Shown here piece after piece: positions 54,853 to 64,000 of a DNA stretch of 64,000 bases. Position 1 is the first letter of the stretch. Each line of letters opens with the position of its first letter. The translations under genes were made by a program, and so were the position numbers. The stretch lies in contig OX597817.1 of NCBI GenBank assembly GCA_951406725.2, positions 12,524,001-12,588,000 on the forward strand, read 5' to 3'. Below the pieces are notes generated by a model. That model was not told the DNA's origin. It saw only the letters and a list, made by a program, of their open reading frames with translations, and ran no database searches. This DNA is from Octopus vulgaris (lineage: Eukaryota).

Positions 54853-55911
54853 ACATGAAAGGCATTCGACAATGAATTATACTGCATTGATTACTGCTTT
54901 ACTGTTTACTGTTTTAATTGTTTCAGTCATTTGACTGTGGCAATGCTGGAGCACCGCCTTTTAGTCGAGTAAATCGACCCCCATGACTTATTCTTTGTAA
55001 GCCTAGTACTTATTCTATCGGTCTCTTTTGCCGAACCGCTAAGTTATGGGGACGTAAACACACCAGCATCGGTTGTCAAGCAATGCTAGGGGGACAAACA
55101 CAGACACACAAACACACACACACACACATATATGCATATTTACGACGGGCTTCTTTCAGTTTCCGTCTACCAGATCCACTCACAAGCCCTTAGTCGGGCT
55201 GTAGCTATAGTAGAAGACACTTGCCCAAGGTGCCACGCAGTGGGACTGAACCCGGAACCATGTGGCTGGTTAGCAAGCTACTTACTACAAAGCCACTCCT
55301 ACGCGTTTGTTTATTAATTTATTCATCCATCCATCCGTCCACCTTTTCATTCAAACAGGTTTAATAACTCCTATAATTCAATGCAGCTGCAAAGTAAAGT
55401 ATTCAATTGAAACCATGTTGTTGCAAACATTGATTTTTGAACAATATCAAATAACGAATAGAAATTACAATCGGGAAAAGAAGAAATTTATGATAGAAAA
55501 TTCTGAATACAATCATTTTCTTATCAGGTTTTCTGATATTATCGTGTTTTTCTTTTGTGTATTTTAGTTTTTAGTAACTGAGTGAAGGATTACGTTCTCT
55601 TGTTTTCCAATGCATTCTATGAAAATAAGCTACAATCAGTCGCCACTCGGAAGAGAGAATGGATTTGTAAATGTAACATGATATTCTTTTACTCTTTTAC
55701 TCTTTTACTTGTTTCAGTCATTTGACTGCGGCCATGCTGGAGCACCGCCTTTAATCGAGCAACTCGACCCCGGAACTTATTCTTTTGTAAGTCCAGTTCT
55801 TATTCTATCGGTCTCTTTTTGCCGAACCGCTAAGTGACAGGGACGTAAACACACCAGCATCGGTTGTCAAGCAATGCTAGGGGGACAAACACAGACACAC
55901 AAACACACACA

Positions 55912-55971
<60 letters not shown>

Positions 55972-57436
55972 TACGACGAGCTTCTTTCAGTTTCCGTCTA
56001 CCAAATCCACTCACAAGGCATTGGTCGGCCCGGGGCTATGGCAGAAGACACTTGCCCAAGATGCCACGCAGTGGGACTGAACCCGGAACCATGTGGTTGG
56101 TTAGCAAGCTACTTACCACACAGCCACTCCTGCGCCTATATATATAATTTTAATTCTATATATAATTCTAATTAATTGTAATTCAGGGATTGTTTCCCCT
56201 GCCATTTTAAATCAGAACTAGTAATTTAGATGATGATTTTTTACTCATCATGACGGATGTAATTTGTAACTAATTACAATTCTTGATTCAAATGTATTAT
56301 AGCCCACTTTACTATTGGTTCATGCTCAAGGCATCCATAGATATTTTCTAGATATTTTTACTATATTAAAAACGATGTTTACTAGCTGCGCCTCTAAGTC
56401 ATTTCGTTTCTCATCATTTCATATCTCGCTTACTTCAAGTTAAAGATATCTCACAAAAAATGTGCTGCGAATCTACGACCCAAATTTTCCTAGACATGTT
56501 AATAGGCTTGAAAAATGTGCTGTGAATCAGTAGAGCTTCTATTACTGAAAAGTGACTTCGAAAAGTTACTAGAGAGAATTATGAGTCTGACTTGTTTGTA
56601 CTACTGCCGGATAGTTGATTTCAACAAAATTCTTCTGGACAATTTGTACTAAATTTGGAACTGTTTGTTCCAATTTCAGGGTGTTATATGATATTTTCTA
56701 TTTTTATAATGTCAGTCACACTTTGCGTATGTGGAAAGGGATGGGGGGGCAAGCAAGTTTCGTACACATTGTTTTCTTGTGCCGTTTCTAGATCAACGTA
56801 TCTATCATATTTCGTGTCTCGTGTTTGTGTGTGTGCGTGCGTGAGTGTATGTGTATGTTCTATCTGTTTCGCAAAATTAGAGTGAATTATTTATAATGAA
56901 TATTAATGCTACTTTGAAAATGTTGCTTCAGCTTATAATTTTCAACCTTTTTCAAGACATTCTGTATCTGTTCATCTGTTCAATAGTACCCAGATTATTC
57001 AAAGAAAACAGTAAATATTCTATTTCTATTTGCTTCAACGTATTTATGATTCATAGAGGTTTTTCTGCTTTAGCAATTATAAAATCTTATAACAATTCTG
57101 CTTGTCATTACGTTACTTAGCCTGTCAGTGACGTTTTCACAAGATTAGAGAAAAAGAAGGCGGAAGAAAAGAAGGAAGAAGAAAAGAGGAAGAAAGAAAA
57201 GAAGACAAGGCGAAGAGTGGGGCAGAAAGAGAGAGAAAGACAAAGAGGGAGAGAGAAAAGACGGAGAGAGAAGCGTCCATGGCATGTAGTAGGGGTAACG
57301 TAATATTTATTACGTGGTTAAACAAATTAGTTGAAGGTAGTGATATAGACGAGAGTTAGGAATATAATTCTAGCAGATGGGTGATGTTCTGATATTATAT
57401 TATTCTTGTTATTTATCATCATCATCATCATCATCA

Positions 57437-57496
<60 letters not shown>

Positions 57497-57497
<1 letters not shown>

Positions 57498-57932
57498 GAT
57501 GCTCTCTTGGGGCTACAAGCTACAGTAACATCCAGCCTTAGCGGTTAGCCATATTTAAGCGGCAAAAATACTTCACATTGTCGTGCAGCTACTGTTTATA
57601 CCTCGTTCGGAGATTTGTTATTGTTTGTTTACACTTTTTCGAGATCAGTGACTTTTCGTCACTGGAAAAAGAATATATGTATTTGAATTGGGACCCCTTT
57701 GCATGGAAGACCGGTGATTGTCGTGCGCTGACGACGAGTAAATACCCAGAAACCCGAGTCCGTGCGTATCACGTCAGGTCGACGATGGGATGGATAGCTT
57801 CCCTTTGCAAATACTGATAGGGCACAGAAAGTGTGTCAATAGCCAGCTGGAGATGTTCTCCTGAGGCAACAAGCTACTGTAGCATCCACCCTTAGTGGTT
57901 AGCCACATTTAAGTGGCAAAAATACTTCATAT
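57497..57932 (+). mobile_element. Retrozyme/Penelope-like unit with ~82-bp terminal direct repeats (354-bp period)
   Basis: 57497-57578 is similar to 57851-57932, and a hammerhead motif lies between them. Confidence 0.65.
57722..57766 (+). ncRNA. Minimal type-I hammerhead ribozyme motif
   Basis: cgtgcg-CTGACGA-cgagtaaataccca-GAAAC-ccga-GTC-cgtgcg: complete core, GUC site and 6-bp stem I (two G-U pairs); stem II has mismatches. Confidence 0.75.
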
Positions 57933-58290
57933 ATACTTATTCTTTTTCTTATTCTTCTATTTGAAGGTGATGCTGGAGCATCACCGTGAAGGGTTTAGTC
58001 GAACAAATCGATCCCAATATTTATTTTCTTCTTTTTCAAAGCTGGTGCGTATTCTAAATCACGCTAACTTGCAGGGACGTAAACAAGCCAACACTGGTTG
58101 CTAAGCAGTGGTAGGCTACACACACACGACGGGCTTCTTCCAGTTTCTGTCCACAAAATCCACACACAAAGCTTTGGTTAGCTCGAGACTGTTGCATAAG
58201 ACACTTGTCAAAGGTGTCATGGAGTGGGACTGAACAGGGAAGCATGTGGTTGAAAAGCTTACTTCTTACCACATAGCCTCACCTGCGCCA

Positions 58291-58322
<32 letters not shown>

Positions 58323-58326
<4 letters not shown>

Positions 58327-58640
58327 CGCGTAGCTTATTGGTTAGGGTATTCGGCTCATGATCGTAAAGTCGTTAGTTCTATTCCCGGCGACGCGTTGTG
58401 TTCTTGAGCAAGACACTTTATTTCACGTTCCTCCAGTGCACTCAGCTGACAAAAATGAGTAGTACTTGTATTTTTCAAAGGACCAGCCTCGTCATTTTCT
58501 ATATTATGCTGGATCCCACTGAGGTCTATATTAGGAGTATGCATGTTTGTGGAGTGCTCAACCACATTAATTTCACGAGCAGGCCGTTCCGTTGGTAAGA
58601 TTAGCTGGAGCATTCATCGTCGCAACTGATGGAGTGTCAG
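58323..58640 (+). mobile_element. Old chimeric SINE: family D head plus family C tail
   Basis: D head up to aaaatgagta, then gtacttgtatttttcaaagg...ggagtgctca...ttcacgagcagg of family C. Confidence 0.75.
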
Positions 58641-59086
58641 TATTTATGTATGAGTGTGTGTTGCAGTGGTTATGCTCGATTTTGTCCCCCACTGCCACTT
58701 AACAACCGCTGTTGGTTTGTTTAGATCCTTGTAAATCAGCGGCTAGCCAAAAGAGAGACCGATAGGTACAAGACTTAAAATACGAGTGCTGAGGTCGATT
58801 TGTTCGACTAAAACCCTTCTAGGGGTTTTCCCAGCATGACCGTAGTCCATCGATTGAACCAATTAAAACAAAAAAGATACAGAATATGAAATTTTCGAAC
58901 AATGTGTCGCATGAAATTCTGTAATATGAGTTCCCCTGAACACGGATCTGGACGGCAGAAGACGGAATTAATTAAAATGGCACCAAATATATTAACTTAT
59001 ATGTTTTTTATAAACACTTGAGAGTTCACTTTTACCGACGCACATGACCCTGCTAACCCTTTCTTTTACTCTCAGAAGCTACGTGC

Positions 59087-59126
<40 letters not shown>

Positions 59127-59857
59127 TTCTGCAAGCGCGCCTGTATGAGTGTATGTGTATGTGCATGCGCGTATGCGAAAATCTGTGTAGTCGGATGTAA
59201 GGTATATGCAACACACACACACACACATGTTTATATATAGGCATATATATATATATATATATATATATAAGTACGAGTTTACGTACTTATGTTTGTGTGT
59301 ACACATATAAGCGAATGTGAGCGTATAAGTGCATCAGAGCCGGATTAAGACGTGTAAAGGAAATTAAAAGATTTTGGTGCCTCTATACATCCTCTTTACT
59401 CTTTTACTCTTTTACTTGTTTCAGTCATTTGACTGCGGCCATGCTGGAGCACCGCCTTTAGTCGAGCAAATCGACCCCGGGGCTTATTCTTTTTGTAAGC
59501 CCAGTACTTATTCTATCGGTCTCTTTTGCCGAACCGCTAAGTGACGGGGACGTAAACACACCAGCATCGGTTGTCAAGCAATGCTTGGCGGACAAACACA
59601 GACACACAAACACACACATGCATATATATATATACGACAGGCTTCTTTCAGTTTCCGTCTACCATATCCACTCACAAGGCATTGGTCGGCCCGGGGCTAT
59701 AGCAGAAGACACTTGCCCAAGATGCCACGCAGTGGGACTGAAACCGGAACCATGTGGTTGGTTAGCAAGCTACTTACCACACAGCCACTCCTGCGCCTAT
59801 ATATTACATATATATGTAATTTAAAATACAAACAATAACAACCTTAAAATAAGTTCA

Positions 59858-60294
59858 TTATTTACATTATTTACAATTGACGGATATTTGTCCCAATCTT
59901 GTTTGTTGTTAACATAACTTTTCGGCTATTATACCCTCCAGCCTTCATCAGGTGTCTTGGGGAAATTTCAAACCTGGGTTCTCTTTCCTCGGGTATTTTT
60001 CGATGCCCGTGGGCATATTGCGTAGTAATTAAGAGCGCGGGCTACTAACCCCAAGATTCCGAGTTCGATTCTAGGCAGTGACCTGAATAATAATAATAAT
60101 AATAACAACAACAACAACAACATCGAAAAATACTTTAGGAACGAGAACCCAGGTTCGAGATTTCCCCAAGACACCTGATGACGGCTGGAGGGTATATCAG
60201 CTGAAATGTTGTGTTGACAACAAACAAGATGAGAACAAATATCCGTCAAATGTAAATAATGTAAATAATTCCTCATCTCTTGAATATAGAACTG
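59858..60294 (+). mobile_element. tRNA-head plus hammerhead-tail element with upstream inverted arm
   Basis: tRNA-like head 60011-60085 (tgcgtagt A-box-like, gagttcgattc B box), then (aat/aac)n and a tail 60121-60294. 59858-60005 is the reverse complement of 60121-60269. Confidence 0.75.
60170..60215 (+). ncRNA. Minimal type-I hammerhead ribozyme motif
   Basis: gacac-CTGATGA-c-ggctg-gagggtatat-cagct-GAAA-tGTT-gtgtt, with stems I and II pairing. An inverted sister motif lies at 59911-59956(-). Confidence 0.65.
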
Positions 60295-61953
60295 CATAAA
60301 ATAAGTCTTTAATTTTCAAAATAAAGCAAAACTAATAATAAGATGGAAAATTATTTTTATTTTTATATACTTCCACTTTATTTGCATTTGATAAGTTTTC
60401 TCCCACTTTTACTCGCAAAGTTTTTGAACAGACCCTCACCATGAACACTTCGAAATTATATTTCCGATCATATAAACCGCTTCGAATATTATTTTATCGA
60501 GTTTAAAGGGATTTCTTTTGTGCTGTAGACCATTTACAATTTCTGCGGTGTCCCCTAAGCACGTACTTATTTTGCTTAAAGGTTAATCCAGCACTGAGTT
60601 GCATATATGTGAGTGTAAAAAGAAGCACGTATATGTATGGATGGATTTAGCATTTAGTTGGGAGATAATAAAAGGACAGCACAGAGTTACAAAAATGTGA
60701 CGTACTTAGACAAGCCAACACTCGCGAATAAGCTACAAGCAAACTCGACTCCTAAGCACGCGCGTATACATATCCCCATCCATAAATCGTACGTGCGAAC
60801 GTATGCCAATACACAATTCATCGAGGTACATATGGAAGCACTCCGTCGGTTACGACGATGAGCACTCCGTCGGTTACGACGAATCAACGGAACAGACTGC
60901 TCGTGAAATTAACGTGTAAGTGGCTGAGCACGCCACAGACACGTGCACCCTTAACGTAGTTCTCGGGGATAATCAGCGTGACACAGAGAGTGACAAGGTC
61001 GGCCCCTTGAAATACATGTACAACAGAAACAGGAAGTAAGAGTGAGAGAAAGTTGTGGTGAAAGAGTACAGCAGGGATCACCACCATCCCCTGCCGGAGC
61101 CTCGTGGAGCTTTAGGTGTTTTCGCTCAATAAACACTCACAACGCCCGGTCTGGGAATCGAAACCGCGATTCTATGACCGCGAGCCCGCTGCCCTAACCA
61201 CTGGGTCATTGCGCCTCCACTCGAGGTACATATACAGACTGAAACAAAACAAAAAGAAATTGAAACCCCAATGAAACACACATACACCCACACACTAGTA
61301 ATCACACAATCTCTCTATCACACAGATTCCAAAAAGTTTAAATCTACTCGCAAAACACACTACAGCCATTATAGATACATCATCTAAGATCTGTAGCAAA
61401 GGGAACACGTCGTTGATGTCGTCTTGGGGGGAAAACGAATGAACTCTAACACACTAATAAACAGATATGGTTGATTAGACGATTGTTCAAGCACTCGGTT
61501 AGTTAACTCATTAATTAGTTCAATTAACAGTTAAAAATAACGAAGAAGAAAATAGAATCAATGCGTAAGACTTAGTTAACAGAATGGCCTTCTCAAGACA
61601 CAGCAACATCTGTTTCAGCTCACGATTTCACATCAAGAATGTTGCAAAATAAATACGAAGACGAAATATATACGTTACATACTCACATATATACTAGCAT
61701 TCACACACACACACAACCATATATGTGAATATATATACGTGTGCGCGTGTGTGTGAGCATATATATGTGTGTGTACGTGTGTGTGTTGTATGTGTGAGTG
61801 TGTACATATATATGTATGTGTGTGTGTGCGTGCATGTCTATACATTCATGATATATATATGCATATTTATGTATGAATGTACATATGTATGTATGCATGC
61901 ATGTATGTATGCATGTATGTATGTATGTATGTATGTATTATGTATGTACGCAC

Positions 61954-61984
<31 letters not shown>

Positions 61985-64000
61985 TGTATGTATGTATGTA
62001 TGTGTGTCAATGTCTGCATGTGTGTGCTAATTCAGTTTGTAAACTGGGACTTCAGCTAGACTCTTTATTTTACTGAGAAACAAAGAACGTTGATTGACCC
62101 AATTTTGTGAAAATAACAACATACGTGACACAACCCACTCCTATTCACAAATGACATCACCCCTTCTGTCTTCTTAACTGTCCACACATGCAACTTTCTA
62201 TACACAACCTATTTATTTGATTAGAAACCTTGAAAACGTTTTCCAGTTTAGTTTTTTTTTTGAAAAGCTCGATGACACAGTCGTTGCATATGTCAAAGTA
62301 ACAGCCACAATTTAAAAGCACTTCTTCTTTACATATGAACAACTCAAAACTGAAAACTGCTACTAGTGGTAGGCCAGAGAAGATAGATAGTGTCCATTGG
62401 TCAGAGATAGTACAAACCTATTCGGTTTTGCGAAGTTTTTGATAGTTCCTGCATAGAGAAGCAGCTGTGAATTGGGACCTCTAACGAATCATCAACTAAT
62501 CCACTGCTCAGCATAATGTTACCGATTGAAAACGCTTGTATTAGTGAATGCCTGTTGAAACCTCATCCAGCCGGCGCCAGCCCGACAACCAGGGCGCTCG
62601 GCCGACGGTGCTGCACGCTTTGCGGCTCTACGATCGACAAGATGTCCTCATCTTTGTTGTTAGCACGTTTCGGCTGGTGTAGCCTCCAGTCGTCATGTTC
62701 ATATGATAGTGAATGGATGATAACAAAGTTTCGCGCTTTGGCGACCACTGTATATTCAATGTCACATCCAAACGGGCAAGACTATGTATAAAGGCGATGA
62801 GTAGACAAAACGAACACTGACAATAATACATTTGGATGAACGGGGGAAGCTTTTTTTGGAAGGGAGGCTGAGGAAGGACCCTAACTTTTTCGCGAAAAGT
62901 TTTCAAATTATCTGAAAACTCAAAAGATCGCAGAACAAATTGATAATGTTAACTGATATTAAAAACAAGTTAAAATGTAATACTAATAGATCGAAAATAT
63001 TGTATAAATGTTCGATCATTAAATAGTAACAGTTGATGACATTTTTATACTCATTAATCATTGTCCAATAAAAAATGAATTCGAAAGAGGAGTTGAATGC
63101 AGAAGGGTTTTTTTTCTTCTTAAAACCGAATGTTGATAATCTTAATACCTATTTCTTTATTACCCACAAGGGGCTAAACACAGAGGGGACAAACAAGGAC
63201 AGACATAGGTATCAAGTCGATTACATCGACCCCAGTGCGTAACTTGTACCTAATTTATCGACCCCGAAAGGATGAAAGGCAAAGTCGACCTCGGCGGAAT
63301 TTGAACTCACAACGTAACGCAGACGAAATACCGCTAAGCATTTCGCCCGGCATGCTAACGGTTCTGCCAGCTCGCCGCCTTATAATCTTAATACCATTTC
63401 GCAGAGTAGCATTTATATCGAACCCTTCGATACATAGAGCCAAATTTTTTCCTTGTTTTGTGTTGATAACTCTTTATTTAATTTAGTTTAGTTCAGCTTA
63501 GTTTAGTCTAGTTTAGTTTAGGTACTAAAATAATCCTCAAAAGAATATGAAGTTTCTGGAACCACGGGTAAAACTTTAACTACAGTTCTAACGATGTAGC
63601 GAATATCACAAAAATTAATCACAACAATTGTTCAACAGTTCCTTGGACAAGGTCGTGAATATTTTGGCTCTGATTTGTATTGTGTGGGTGGACCCAAATG
63701 CAGCTCTATTTTAAAATGATGGCAAGATTATCAACACATTCACCTCCAAGAAAAAAAAGACCTTGTCTATTCTCGTGTCTTGTTTTTTTCATCTCAAATT
63801 TCTGCCCGAAAACTTGAACATTGCCCAAAATAGAGAGGTGCATTTCCCAGCCCACTACGTTGTGCGCCGATGGTAGAACAATGACGTGAAATATAAGAAA
63901 AAATAAGAGACAATGTAAATAAGAAGCATAAAGTAGAACAAGTTTGACTGGTACAGAAAGAATGGAAATTGTATCCTTATTTGTTTACAACCAGCAGGCA

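Larger units (their letters stand above)
59335..60596. mobile_element. hAT-like MITE hosting nested insertions
   Basis: TIR cagagccggattaa / ttaatccagcactg; imperfect 8-bp TSD aagtgcat / agttgcat. Confidence 0.6.

Overview
This is AT-rich, repeat-saturated eukaryotic DNA. The SINE and microsatellite landscape suggests an octopus (coleoid cephalopod) genome; that assignment is inference, not a database match. The only host gene I can support is the 3' two-thirds of an OATP/SLCO organic-anion transporter on the + strand. It has seven phase-compatible exons from 2538 to the stop at 42944, covering TM6 signature, Kazal-like loop and TM12, and several normally conserved residues have diverged. The rest is mostly mobile DNA: at least four tRNA-derived SINE heads with interchangeable tails, non-autonomous Helitrons and one Helentron-like element, Merlin-, Tc1/mariner-, hAT- and piggyBac-like MITEs, R4/Dong- and Hero-like LINE ends, and a decayed Tx1/L1-like LINE. 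Main unexplained signals: (i) three unrelated elements carrying minimal type-I hammerhead ribozyme motifs, including a 354-bp retrozyme-like unit and a tRNA-head plus hammerhead element with an inverted arm; (ii) a possible HDV-like ribozyme in an RTE-like non-autonomous element; (iii) an ORF1-only Tx1-like element whose 3' end matches the tail of the most abundant SINE, which itself forms fixed-junction multimers. All coordinates were counted by eye and repeat boundaries are approximate.
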